Source of the DNA: Magallana gigas
Lineage: Eukaryota
Assembly: GCF_963853765.1 (NCBI RefSeq)
Contig: NC_088860.1
Span: 5,704,001-5,768,000, forward strand
DNA: 64,000 nt
Direction: 5' to 3'
Part shown: positions 1-12,717 of the stretch, in pieces
How positions within the stretch are numbered: position 1 is the first letter of the stretch
Layout of the letters: each line of letters begins with the position of its first letter
Program-made: the position numbers and the translations under genes
Notes under the pieces: model-generated
What the model was told of the DNA's origin: nothing
The model's database searches: none
What the model saw: only the letters and a program-made list of their open reading frames with translations

Positions 1-2215
1 GACAAGTACCGGTAAGTGTCTTTCATATTCAATGAATAAAATGGTGATTCAACTCAAATATAATGACAGGTTCATACTGTCATATTAAAAGTCAAACCAT
101 CATATCAGCCACTCAATTTGGGATAGTTTGATCAACAATTAGATTTGAATCACGGCAATACAGAAAACTGATAGTGCGCATGTCCGTGTTCCTGTCAGTT
201 GATGCCTGGTTAAATTAATTTTAAGAATGTCAAACTGCAAGTGCTTATTAACTCAATGTTTTAATGTTCATTAAAAAAGGAAGGAAAATAGCATGATAAT
301 GCAACAATCTTAATCAGCTTAATTAATGTGTGTGTGCTAAAATTTAACAGAAAACATGCCATGCTGATTTATAAAAGCAAAATTTGGTATTAATATAGTT
401 AATTGTGATCAAACTCAGACCACACACTGTATAAAATGTTTTAAAAGTCTTGAAAATTCCGTCAGTAAAATGTATTAACTTGCCAATTAAGTTTTTCACC
501 CTTTAGGTTAACTGGTAAACGTTTGCATTAAAATTTAGATATAGAAACCTGCATGGAATGACAACTGTATCCAACTCATGACTATTATTAAAAGCAGTTT
601 GTACACTTATGTGTGCATGAAAAAGAAATGTACAAATTAACGTTACCTATGTGTGCGCCTCTGATTCTACTAATACTGTGACATGAAGTAGAGCCTTCGG
701 TGATACACCAGCTAGTCGCTTTACGCTGGTTTCTTAGAAACAAAAAAAAAGTAGACGACTATTAATCAATATTGATAACTCAGACAGATGTAAGATTTAA
801 AACTGCTTGTAGACAGGAAACATCCTGCGTTAATGGCCCTACAATCCAGACTTTGCTGTTTGCAAACAATCTTATCGGGATATCGCACGTGAGGTTTTGT
901 TTCTTAAAATGTGGCAACTCATTTAATATAAAAAAAGAAGAAGCAAGACTATAATTGCTTAATCAATCCAATTAAAAAATATATCTTTCATCGCATCATC
1001 ACATTCTTTGTTTTGGTTTTGAAGTGAGAGATAGAACTAAAGATATGGCCTTTATGCTTCTAAATTGCAGTATACGGTTCAAGCAAATATGCATAGATAT
1101 AACAGACTTATACCTACTTACCTATTTGATTTGTTTACGTTTTCAAGTTTACATGAATCTATCACCGAGCATCTATCACCTCTATTGTTATCGCCTATAA
1201 GAAAAAAAATCCGAGCCCGATTGAATTATGTCGAAAGACTTTCGGGCTTTGAGATATTAATTTTTGATTCATCATTTTTATCACTATATAATACTACATA
1301 GAAACAAAAGCTCTTTAAACAGAGGATATTTAACCTGGGAACATAGCTATCTCATAAGAAGACAGAAAAAAGGACGCTAAATAAGACGTTTCTTATTTTT
1401 TTTTTAAAGAAAAGAGCCTCTCTTAACGTTTTCAGCTCTCTGTGTCACATTTTATTTCCCATTTTTAAGGCCTATAATGGAAAAGTTAGGCATTTCTAAT
1501 TTTCAAATCGTGCTATCAAGATTCATCAATTCTGATAACAAACAGAGGTATCGTATGGTTTGAATTTCTTATTTTGCAGAACTTCATCCATGTTCATCAT
1601 GGGTCGTTAATATTAGACCTAAACTGGAAATGGTCTGATCTTTATTGAAAATGCTGAGTCGGTTTTGCTCAGCTACTCCTAACGAATTCCTAACGAATAA
1701 ATGTAGCATAAAAACTGATACCACCAACCCCCCCCCCCAAAAAAAAAAAAGATGAAAAAAGACAAACCCTTGCAAAATTAATATAATGTATGTTCTATTA
1801 GTTTCATTTGCGTTTGTATCCAATTTAGCTATTGTTTCCCTCGATAGAGAACGGTATATAATGTATTCTATCTGATTAAAATCAGATCGGCATCGAATTT
1901 GTTGGAGCGGATCAAAGATCTGATTTTTATTAGATTGGCATGCATATAATGTTTAGTCATCAAAATACAAATATCTTTTTGTTATGTCTGTTTTCTCTGA
2001 CAATAATGTCACATTGTGAATTTTGAATTAACCTGATGACAGTATATACAAAATTAACAACACGACAATCAACATATTAATGAAAAATGTAACTATCAGA
2101 ACTTTTGTAACTTGAATAATGCTAAAAAAAAAAAAATAAAAAAAAAAAGAAGTACCGGTACTGTGCAAAAATACATCGTCCATTATATATTTATAAGTCT
2201 CTCTTGATCAATCTC

Positions 2216-2217
<2 letters not shown>

Positions 2218-2303
<86 letters not shown>
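2218..2303. repeat. (AG)n microsatellite; duplicate 28892-28957
   Basis: Direct reading. Confidence 0.98.
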
Positions 2304-2305
<2 letters not shown>

Positions 2306-2738
2306 TTAAAGTGATGAGGCTGAAAAAAATCCTAATTATATTCTACATGTATTGTTGTAATTTTTTTCCAAGTATATGTATACTATAATAATTATGTGAG
2401 GACACCCTACAGCTTTCCATAGTATACCATTTTTATTTATTTATTTTTTTTTTTTTGGTTTATAATATAGTTCATTCGGGATCGAAAATACTAATGAATT
2501 ATATAGTCGATGAAAACACAGACAATTTTGTTCGCTTAAACATACACTTCCGGATATCAGGTTATGGAATATATAATATTCAAAACTTTACGGATGAATA
2601 AATTGAAATTCTGTCCCCGGTCAAAATATTTTTAAAGACATCAGTTTTCTTCAGACCCTGCAGCATACATGCGGAAAACCTCTCTGGTGTTAATTATCAA
2701 CTAAATATAAAAGGAAAACATTATTCTGTATATTTAAA

Positions 2739-2740
<2 letters not shown>

Positions 2741-2789
<49 letters not shown>
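2741..2789. repeat. (TC)n microsatellite; duplicate 29381-29451
   Basis: Direct reading. Confidence 0.98.
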
Positions 2790-2791
<2 letters not shown>

Positions 2792-3966
2792 GCTGATAAT
2801 TGAGAACTGTCTCCGCAACGGTACATATATTGATGTTTGTCATTGAAATGTTGATTTTTATTCAGTAATCAACATTTCAATTACCAATTATTCGTAGATC
2901 AAAATCATTGAGACATCTTATCTTGAAACTGACTTATATATCTACTAATCTAAACTCAATTTATTAAGAAACATGACAAGTTGCAGGAATAAACCATATA
3001 TAATTTAGGTTCAGCTGTAGCTTTATTATTTTCATTGGACCTACTGACACGAATAGAGTAGAAATACTGCATATTCTGTCAACTTTCAAATGTAATGAAG
3101 ATTAATTACTACTAGTATATAATTTTGACAACTCGAGATCACCCGGTTGGTATGCAACAGGGAATTATTGGGGAAATTGCTATTTCATTAGTCTATGATT
3201 TTTTAATCATTACTTCTCTCTTTTATCGATATAACAATTTTTAATGCAAATTATGCATTCACAAGAATCGCTAAATGTTAACGAACTACAAATATCTATC
3301 CTTAATTTTCCAAATGCGCTACATTAATCTCCACCGCCTTACCTTTGGTATTAGAATCTTTTTGACTCTGGGATGGTACCAGGATTAATGACTGGAATGG
3401 TTAGTCAATACATAAAAATATAACGATCACTCAACACAACTCGAGAACTATCGCCTGACCCTGCTGAGATGCCTTGGGAGACTACTAGTATGTGCCAGTA
3501 ATTAGAGACCCTTGTTAAACTTCTAATTAAAAATTGAATACAATATTTTTAAAACCTGTGAAATAATAGATTCACATTGATTTTGTACCGTTTTACTCGA
3601 GCATAAATGAATTGCAGAGTTGTGCACTGAGCCTATATTTGCTTTTTAAAAATAAATTCGAAATGGTCTTTGTTATGTTTATCATTTTAAAACAGCATCA
3701 GCGAAGAATGTTTGATTTTAATTAAAAGTAATCAATATCATGTAGGAACTAATGTGAATCGAGTCAGCATGATGACCTCAAATCTATGCACTTTAATTTT
3801 GGTGAATGCGAGCCCAGAAACTCAACATGATTTACACTGAACAATAAACGATGTTTCTATGTTAGCTGTTAAACGCGGAAAAAGTCATCTGTCAGTAAAA
3901 GCAAACTTTTTCCCCAAAGGACCAGCTCTTAAACACGCTTCTAAATACAAGGACGAAGTTATAAAA

Positions 3967-4929
3967 GAAAGTGCGCGCACAAGATTGTAAGTTTGCAGGA
4001 ATCCTCGACACGAATCAATTGGGATTTAAAAATGTCTATAACCTCGAAAGGCTATGTACAGGTTTCAACAAAAATATATTATGTTGAGAGTCGAAGCACA
4101 TGGCTATTCCGGTTATTAAAAACTCACAAGCTTTCAAAAAATGGCAATAAGAGGAAAACCGATGTTAATGCAAACATATTTTAATGAAGTTATATTGTGT
4201 ATATCCTAAAAAAAAAACTAGTAATAAAAAAAGAAAATAGTGTTCAAACAGCAGATCTAGAAATCAATAACAACAAATTAAAATATACCGGTATAATATA
4301 ATTCAACATCATGGTATAATAACAAACATTTAAAACAAAAAAGTTTAATCTTTTAAAAAAAACAACAACAAAAACAAACAAAAAAACCACTAGATGGATT
4401 TGAACCCAAAACACTAAATGGTTGTATTCACTAATCCAGAACGAAACCAGTGAGCCATGCGAGACTTTTCAATATATGCTGTATTTATAAAGTACTGTTT
4501 GAAACAACATTGTCATTTCAATGGACTTTGTTTTTTATCCTTCAAAAAATAATTTGAAAAAGTACATAATTAGTCATCTCTGGGTCATCTCTCCATCTTT
4601 TTTTAAAAAGCGACATTTTTAATGTTGAAATATTTTATCTTTACACGTTTAAAATTTGTGGAGAGAAGACCCAGAGACAACAAAATCATTTAAAAACAGT
4701 TGTACATGTAAATAAGTAGGATTTTGCATGAATTGCATCGTGTTGCTATATTTAGACCCATATTTTGATAAAACCTTTTGCATTTCAAATATTTTTCCAC
4801 TCATTTCACATCCAACAGAAACCAAATAACGGTTATAATTCGAAAAATATTCAAAATAAATTGATGAAATTTTCACTCTCCTTGTGCGCCCAGATTCCTG
4901 CCGAATGTAAGTCTTAAGCGCCCACTTTC
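3967..4929. mobile_element. Non-autonomous Spy-type (PHIS) DNA transposon
   Basis: Imperfect TIRs GAAAGTG.GCGC..AAGA...GCAGGAATC; inserted AAA|TTT with no TSD; empty site AAATTT at 31795-31800 in the duplicate. Confidence 0.8.
4386..4462 (-). mobile_element. tRNA-derived SINE-like head inside the Spy element
   Basis: A box TGGCTCACTGG and B box GGTTCAAATCC on - strand; no proper cloverleaf. Confidence 0.45.
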
Positions 4930-5395
4930 TTTGTCGAAAAATACACCTATCATTGTACTTTAAATGTTTTGAATTCATGTTGATAAAATAAATGAGTTGA
5001 TTTACTTGACAAGGAATTTATTCTCATAACTAACATGCATGGTGTACAGTGTCTTAAATTACACAGTACCTCTAAAAAGTATCTATTTAGCATCACATAC
5101 ATGTTTCTCATGTTACAATCGTTTGTTGAGTTTAAATTCAGCTTGACTTGAACATACCGTATTACAGTGAGTGTTGAACCATGCAAAAGTAATGCGCAGA
5201 AACGATGCTATGAAAATTTTCCATTCGAATAAAAACTAATGCATATTTTGATGCATCAATTTCTATAATTAAGCACAAACGTTTGAATATAGGCAATAGC
5301 TTAGCCAGTGCATGCAGTTAGTTGCTCAGATTAACGCAACCCTTCAGCAAGCTGTAGACGGTGTTTGGACCTTTACAGGGAGAAAAGTATCAAAG

Positions 5396-5441
5396 ATGCA
5401 AACCACTCCTGCTCTGTTTCTGCTGTCCCTGCCAGCAATAG
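5396..5441 (+). pseudogene. Copy A exon 1, signal peptide MQTTPALFLLSLPAI
   Basis: AAGATG start, hydrophobic stretch, G|GTAAGT donor, phase 1 fits exon 2. Confidence 0.8.
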
Positions 5442-6127
5442 GTAAGTTTTATTTGAAGTGTTAAATTCATTGTTTAAATATCAAAGTAGTATAAGCTGTA
5501 ATTTTCATGTCGGAAATTTTTACCGGGAACTTGAATTTACGACTTTTAAAAATGACTTAAAAGATGATTGTTTATAAACTTCTGTTTGTCATATATTTGT
5601 TGGTAACGCAATTCATTGGGGTGGATTAAAGCGAAATGATATTATATTCTCACGGTAGAAAACAGTTTGCTATACATTTTTCACTAGATAAATCGTTCTT
5701 ATAAAACTCAATGATTCATCTTAATCTTATTCATCACGAAGAATTTAGTACCATGCGACATTGACACAATAATTTGCAGCAAAATAAAAATCTATTAAAA
5801 GCAGCTCACTTTGCTTCATTTACGTGCGACGTATATATGTTGTCTGAATATGTCGACATAAAACGTATTTCATTCACTTGCTTCGAACGTGTCTCATTGC
5901 CATGACTAAAACAAGTTTTTAAAATCCAACACTTTGTGTCTTGGTAACTACGAGGCAAGATTACATTAAACTGATTTTTTAACCATTAAATTTCAGCAAA
6001 AATCTCTCTAACAGTTTAAAACATAATCATTCGACTTGGGGCCAGCATGGGTGAAGAAGCAAACTAGGAGATTTAAAAGTTTGATATTTCCAGTGATTGT
6101 TCCGAACTCTTTGTAGGCTGTTTATTA

Positions 6128-6762
6128 TTATTGTGTTCCGATGGGACCACTTCGACCTTCGCACTTTCGCCTTTAGGGCGAAAATGCGAGAGCGCAAAGT
6201 TGCGAAGGCGAAGGAGCGAAAGTGCAAAGATGCGACCGGCGAAGCGCGAAGATGCGATGGCGAAAGTGCGAAGGCAAAGGAGCATACCCCCCTTCCCCCG
6301 GAAAAATTCATTATTAATATAATTTCATACAGTAAATGGGGAGAGGGGGTCCGGATCCCACTCCCCCATGGAAAATTTAATTTTATATAATAAAATTTCC
6401 AAAGTAAGCCTCGGAACCCCCTTCCCCCTTTCCAGTTTGTCTTCTGCCTCAGATGTCATTATATACAGCTAAAATTGTATTTAAACGATTATAAGCTTTA
6501 CAATTAAAAAAAGGCGAAGGCGAAAGCGCGAAGATGCAAAGGCGAGAGTGCGAATTTGCGAAGGCGAAGGAGCGATAGTTGTATTGCTTCTTCGCCTTCG
6601 CAACATTGCACTTCGCATCTTCGCGCTTCACCGTTGCATCATCCCACTTTCGCTTCTTCACCGTCGCACCTTTGCACTTTCGCCTTCGCAACTTCGCACT
6701 TTTGCATCTTCGCCCTATAGGCGAAAGTGCGATGGTCGAAGTGGCCCCTCGGAACACCATAA
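6128..6762. mobile_element. MITE with long TIRs built of TTCGC/GCGAA motifs
   Basis: TTATTGTGTTCCGATGGGACCACTTCGACC... mirrored by ...GGTCGAAGTGGCCCCTCGGAACACCATAA; explains the K/R/A-rich spurious ORFs. Confidence 0.8.
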
Positions 6763-7336
6763 GTAGGAGATGACTATATGAAGAAGAGGAGGAATGATTC
6801 AGCTCAAGTTATGTTTTCGTTGCTAAAATTGATACTTGACAGACGCGTCAAAAAGCCGATGTGACCTTGATAACATCTTCGCGAAGGTTTTCTAATCCGC
6901 ACAGCTTCTCACAAGTAAGATGCCTTGACAAATGCAAACTAATACAATAATATTTACGATGAGCATAAATTGTGAAAAGCAATGAATTGTCTTTGCCAGT
7001 TTGACAGTTGTTTTAATGGATGGTCATGTATTTCCTATAAAATGAATATCTAACCTTTTGACAATGGTTAGGTTTTGAATAATGATGACGATTAAATTAT
7101 TCTGGATGAATTTAGTTTAAACGTTTTCCCAGAAAACAGATGGGCGATAAGATAAAATTGTAATTGCCGGTAAACATCGTACGGTACAACATATTGAAGG
7201 TAATTTACTGATGAAGCTCATCAAATCGTTGTCAATGAATAGGATACTTAATGGTGCGATACAAACTATGTTTCTGACCTTAAAACCGACATCAAGTATT
7301 TGGCAATCCTTATACATGTAACTCTTTATTTAGAAT

Positions 7337-7607
7337 ACGTGGTTTGTTACAACGCACTTTGGAAAAAAAATTTAAAAGCGTTAAATTTGGGGCCAAGTCA
7401 ACGCACTTTGAAAATTTTTTTCAAAGTGCGTTTATATGGTTGATGTACGCACTTTGAAAAAAACTTTGTAAAGTGCGTTGACTTGGTCCCAAATTAAACG
7501 CACTTTTAAACAAAATTTCAAAGTGTGTTGATTTTGTCTAAAATTTAACGCACTTTAAAAAAAAATTTCAAAGTGCGTAAATTTTTAAAGTGCGTTGCCA
7601 CAATGGT
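7337..7607. repeat. Inverted array of AACGCACTTT / AAAGTGCGTT motifs (MITE-like); duplicate at about 33855-34122
   Basis: Multiple direct and inverted copies of the 10-mer. Confidence 0.65.
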
Positions 7608-8145
7608 TCCCTCTCATCCTTGTTAATCTAAAAAATACACGATGTCAGTGGACACCCCCCCCCCCCCAAAAAAAAAAAAAAACAAAAACAAAAACAAAAC
7701 AAAAAACATACACATATCGAAAGGTAAAATCAAATATTATTTTGCACCAATCGCTACTTCCATAGCCCAAAAGAGTAAAAAAAAATTCATTTACTTTTTA
7801 TACAACACCTACATGTACCTAAGGATCTTTCTTTAATAATATTTACTATATTCACTGCTAGAACAATTTAAAAAGTTGTACATTGAAAATTAATCCATAA
7901 CATTTCCCGTCACCTTCTTGCTTTCTGTTGTTCACTGCACAAGTAGATCGATCTAGAAATGACACACAACGAAGAAATGTTAAAGAATAAAAACAAAGTC
8001 TAATTAAAAAGTATCAACTTTCTCCTCACAGTAAAAACTAAACTAGAAAAAAATTCTTACATGGGTACAGTTAATACAAATCATTCAAACAGTATACTGC
8101 ACATTAAAAAGGGATAGAAATGGAATTAATGTCGTTTTTATACAG

Positions 8146-8326
8146 TGTTTGGAAGATGCACGATTCCTAAAAGATTCCACGGTGAATGGTTCAATCAGAG
8201 GTACGTTCCTGGGATGACCTTTCTAGTGACCGCAGACAAATAGGACATCAATGAAGACGGCAGCGAAGTAAATTGTGAAGATATATCCTCTCAAGGAAAC
8301 AGTGCTACCATGCTAATGGTCAAAAG
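8146..8326 (+). pseudogene. Copy A exon 2 with in-frame TAG (VFGRCTIPKRFHGEWF...ADK*DINEDGSEVNCEDI...TMLMVK)
   Basis: TACAG| and |GTGAG boundaries; homologous to 38095-38299; TAG at 8241-8243 aligns with TGG (W) in B. Confidence 0.88.
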
Positions 8327-9170
8327 GTGAGAACCATGACCTCTTTACCTGATAATTTAGTCTAAAAACCAGTAGTTATGTTACCCTGCATCAAAGTTTT
8401 AGAACCGCGAGTAGAAGATATTAGGCCTAATATGAAATCTAATCTGTAGTTTTATTTAAGAAGTCCGTCTAATCGTCAAGTTATAAAATAAGTAAGATTA
8501 AAAATAAGGTAAAAGGTTAAATCAAACTCCATCGCGGATCCGCTTCATATAGCTATGGATAAAATTATATAAGTATTCACTGTAAAACTCAATTATTTTA
8601 GCTAAAAATCCAAATATTTCAAGATATTATGGGAGGAAAGGGGGGGGGGGTTGTCGGATTTTTTGCTCCAAAGTGGCGTGGCCAATTCATGTTTATTCGG
8701 GTTTTTTTAATTACGTGTATTAAAGCAAGTAATTTATCACAGCTCTCTTGGTTAATGTACTAATCCTTCTTCACAATGTAATTTGTATATATTTTCTCTA
8801 CACTGTACACACAGTTTACTGAGAATAAAGTTCATTGTCATTGTCATTGCAAACATATGACTAGCTGGTGCTATGCCAACACATAGAGACTAAAAGTTAC
8901 TTTTTTTAATCAGATCTAAAAGAAGCATAATTAAATGTTCCACAGCTACTAAAAAACCTCTAATACGAAAATGTTGATACCCAGTCATAAGTATCCTGTA
9001 CAATGTAGACATTTTGAAAGAACCGTGTAAAAAAAAAACTGACTAATGCTTACAAATTTAATGCTAAATTAGACATTGTATTTTGTCTGATTTCCTTCTA
9101 TGTAAGTAAATCATTTATTATAGTGACTGTGTTTCAATTGAACATATACACATATATTGAAATATAACAT

Positions 9171-9335
9171 ATATAAGGAATAAGGAATCATTCTTTGAGT
9201 ATTATGAGGTGATAATTTTGGTCGGGGCGTGATCAAATCCAATAAAGCCCGAAGGGCTTTATGATAGATTTGATCACGCCCCGACCGAAATTATCACCTC
9301 ATAATATTCAAAGAATGATTCCTTATTACTTATAT
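9171..9335. repeat. Near-perfect long palindrome (about 72-bp arms, GAA loop), probably the end of a Crypton-like non-autonomous element
   Basis: Arms 9179-9250 and 9254-9327 pair with 2 substitutions and one small internal loop; TE class is inference. Confidence 0.8.
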
Positions 9336-9806
9336 TTATATAATCTTAGGCCATCGTACGATTAAATATTTAAATATAAATAAACAAACCCCGCTGGCGC
9401 CTCGATTTGGCGTCGTTTGTATTATGAGTTATATAGTACAAAATGGATACGTAGTGTTATCACAGGCAAAGACACTGGATAATGTAAATATATATATATA
9501 TATATTGTCACACCCGACCCATCGGACCTATATGTCACTGTTTTAAATTTAAATACGAATATAAAAGTCAGCTTGAAAGTTTGGTTTGTCTTATCCTGAA
9601 AGCTTTAAGTATGAATTGTGCACATTGTCGGGGAAAGTTACAGAATGATGTTTTAAATAAATCACTGTCATTAAAATTTACGGAGCCTATAGTGGTTTCT
9701 AGAAGAGAGTTGCGTAAGTCGTTAACTAATGAGCATTATAAAAGATGAGGGACCAATGGAGTTCTGTAATCATTTCATTGTAACATGCGATTATTCTTTC
9801 TGACAG

Positions 9807-9886
9807 TAAAAAAGGTAATTTGAACACTTGCTACATGTGTGTCGAAGTCATGTGGAGAACTCCCAACATTCTGAAGTACAGAAAAG
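9807..9886 (+). pseudogene. Copy A exon 3 (KKGNLNTCYMCVEVMWRTPNILKYRK)
   Basis: 80 nt, same length and phase as 38657-38736. Confidence 0.88.
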
Positions 9887-11166
9887 GTATTTATTTTTCA
9901 ATAAATGAATACTGTGTTATTGTTACATTTGTTTTAAACATGAATTTTATAAAAAAAAAAATATTCTAAATTATTATAAACATATATCATTCTAAATTAG
10001 TTGAAGTATGACATTCAGGTTTTGAATGATGGTGACAATTAAATTATTCTGGATGAATTTAGTTTAAATGTTTTCCCAAAAAACAGATGGGCTATATATA
10101 AAGATGAAAATGTAATTGCCGGAAAACATTCAATCACATGATGTAGCCTTATAGGTCCATTCCTATTCAAAGGTGAATGAGATTGAAGGATTTTTTTAAT
10201 TTTTTGTTTGTGTATGATTTATTGGTTTTATTTTTATCTGAAAGACACCGATTTAAAAAAAAAAACATAATTGAAGTAATATCCAGAACACTGTCATACA
10301 CATATAAACTTCACTCACTCACCAACAGCTTAGTAAGTGAAACAAAAAGATACAAAAGAAATCAAAGTACTGAGTAATGACGGTAGGGCAGTTTATTCAT
10401 TTACAATATCTACCTAAGATCAACGATATGTAATTCCGCAGATTTCTTTACTGATAGTAATTATCGGGTTTTCAAACAAATAAAAGCTGACTAATTTAAG
10501 GTATTTCTAAATAATTTTTCATAATTATGTTGCATCGAATTTATCGATTATTTTCAAGTATTGTAAGTCTTGTGTTGGTTGATGATTTGTGCTCAGGTCC
10601 AAACGCTGTTTTACTTCCGGTTTACCAGAGTTACTGCATAGAAGAGTTGAATAAATTCACTGCCAAAATACAAAAAAAAGCAAAAATATTAACAAAGTGA
10701 AAAGAATTGGATTAACGTTAATTCAAATAAAGGACGAAACATAAAAAAAAGAAGAAATGACTTCATATAACATATAGCAATATTTAGGAAAAGACTCAAG
10801 AAACAATTCTATGTGGGAGTGCAAAATCAAACATATGAAAAAAATCCTGTTAAAATGATATTGAAATGTATTTGGGTTATAATTCATATATACAAGGTAA
10901 ATCTTCTGAAAAAATGAATCTGTTTTAACCCACGTTAAATTTCCCCTTAGTGCAAGTTGAAGCTATGTACATCGGAAGTTCATTCACATTTGTACAACTA
11001 ACTGAAAAAAAGGAGAAGGTAAAAAAAAAAACCCACCCAAAATAACATTTAGTATTAGGATGATCATCGTAGCTCATGGGCCTTTTGTTCACAAATTATT
11101 TAATATCTCGAATCCTTGTCCTTACTTGATTTTTAATCTATCTTATTTGACCAGGTAGATTAATAG

Positions 11167-11325
11167 AATCATTCATTGTTAGTTTGTTACGAGTCTGGGA
11201 TAGTAAAATTCTACCGAGGGGACAAGATTCACTGTCTCGGACGAGGCTCTATCGAGTCTAGACCCTGAATCTTGGCCCCGAGGTGGGATTTCACTATCCC
11301 ACACAGGTATAAAATGAATGATGAT
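11167..11325. repeat. Imperfect long palindrome of similar architecture
   Basis: ATCATTCATT...TGGGATAGT...AAGATTCA mirrored by TGAATCTT...ACTATCCCA...AATGAATGAT. Confidence 0.6.
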
Positions 11326-11773
11326 TTTCTCGCATTATTTTGCATTAAAACGATGCCCGACAACTTTCTGTTATGATGTTCAAACGTTTACCTTTGGTTT
11401 CTTCCTCTGCGTGCTACAAATAGTGCCAGGCAAGAAGAGAGCAAGCGAGAATTTGTTCAATGAAAATATGTAAAATCTAGTCAATTAAGCTAAAGAACGA
11501 CTAAGCGATTAGCTTATTCCATCGTTTATGATTTTCTTACGGAGAGACGAAGTCTACATTTTACGGCGGCGTAGTAATATACAGTGTAAGACAAAGTCTC
11601 ACACTGATGTCTTACACCGTACAAACCGATCTCACACCGGTGATAATGAAAGAAAAAAACATTCACTCTGGGCATCACATTTTCTCACCGTTGACAGTTT
11701 AAATTAATATTTTTTGAATGGCTGAAGTATCATAGTGACGTAATGATTCCTAGAAGTCTTTTCCTTTTTGCAG

Positions 11774-11872
11774 GGAATTGTTATAGTTCGTTACAAGAAA
11801 GTATGGACTCGCCGATTGATTTTTGCTCATCCATGAACCCTAACTACTATACACACTCCTACACTATGTTCA
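11774..11872 (+). pseudogene. Copy A exon 4 (GNCYSSLQESMDSPIDFCSSMNPNYYTHSYTMF)
   Basis: TTTTGCAG| and |GTAAGT; phase 1-1; SMNP and TMF shared with 38965-39075. Confidence 0.8.
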
Positions 11873-12345
11873 GTAAGTAAGATGCATAGCATGGCCTTTC
11901 ATGCATATGATGATAACGTTCTCTATCTGTTGACAATGAAGAATTTTGACTTTACGTGGTTTAAAAATTGATCAGTTATTTAACTCAATTATTGCTGCGA
12001 GAAGATATCATTTTTGCTTTTTAACGAAAATTCAATTGCTTTGTTGCATTAAGTCTCTTTGTACTCCATTCAGTGTGCAAATAATGATTGTTTGAGATTC
12101 ATACCTGGATCCTTATAAATAATAAATGTAAAATTTCAGAATAGAACTGTATCAGATAAAGATATAAATTAACGTATTACAGCACTGTAGTAACCTGTCT
12201 GCGAAACCATTAACAATTTGGAGAAGAGTTCAATTACATAACTTCTTTGTGTAATATAACCATGAATTAAGTCTATGATAATAGTTACCATTGGCAAATC
12301 TATATTAACGCGAGTAGCTTGTAAATTGAGTAATCTTTACTGTAG

Positions 12346-12555
12346 GACAATCCTTAATTACTGTCAACTGTGCAACAACATTTGAGGGGGCGTATCAGTT
12401 TTCCTATGAGGAGGACTCTGGTTCTGGAGGTATTTGTAATCCTCCGGACAGCCAAATCAAAGCCTGCCAAGACCCCGGATCTAGGTATATCGACAACGAG
12501 GTGTTTTACATGACGTATCGGAAGTGCCTTGATGTACCCATGTCTCGGAATGCAA
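12346..12555 (+). pseudogene. Copy A exon 5 (RQSLITVNCATTFEGAYQFSYEEDSGSGGICNPPDSQIKACQDPGSRY...)
   Basis: 210 nt like B exon 5; about 73% aa identity by hand alignment (51 of 70). Confidence 0.9.
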
Positions 12556-12717
12556 GTCAGTAGTTCAATATACATGTCACCACTGCAAAATAATGTGGCT
12601 TTTCATTGTGGGAACAAAATGTTATATAGGTAGTGAGGTAAACCTCATTGTTGTTTGGTTTGCAAATACGACGACTTCAAGTCTCTTTGTTAACTACACA
12701 GTTCAATAATTTTTTAC

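Larger units (their letters stand above)
1815..8011 (+). repeat. Duplicated block X, copy 1 (copy 2 = 28496-34511)
   Basis: Co-linear high similarity including microsatellites, exon 1 and MITEs; offset about 26.7 kb. Confidence 0.93.

Noticed and set aside
1579-1700. Possible terminal exon of an upstream gene (LHPCSSWVVNIRPKLEMV*) with AATAAA
   Set aside because: Too short and no recognisable homology; only a donor-like GGTAAGT at the window start hints at a gene
6027-6773. Cluster of overlapping K/R/A- or F/A/L-rich ORFs (also 32636-33282)
   Set aside because: They are translations of the TTCGC/GCGAA MITE on both strands, with no splice or domain support
9506-9641. TGT...ACA segment resembling a solo LTR
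   Set aside because: No target-site duplication or second copy
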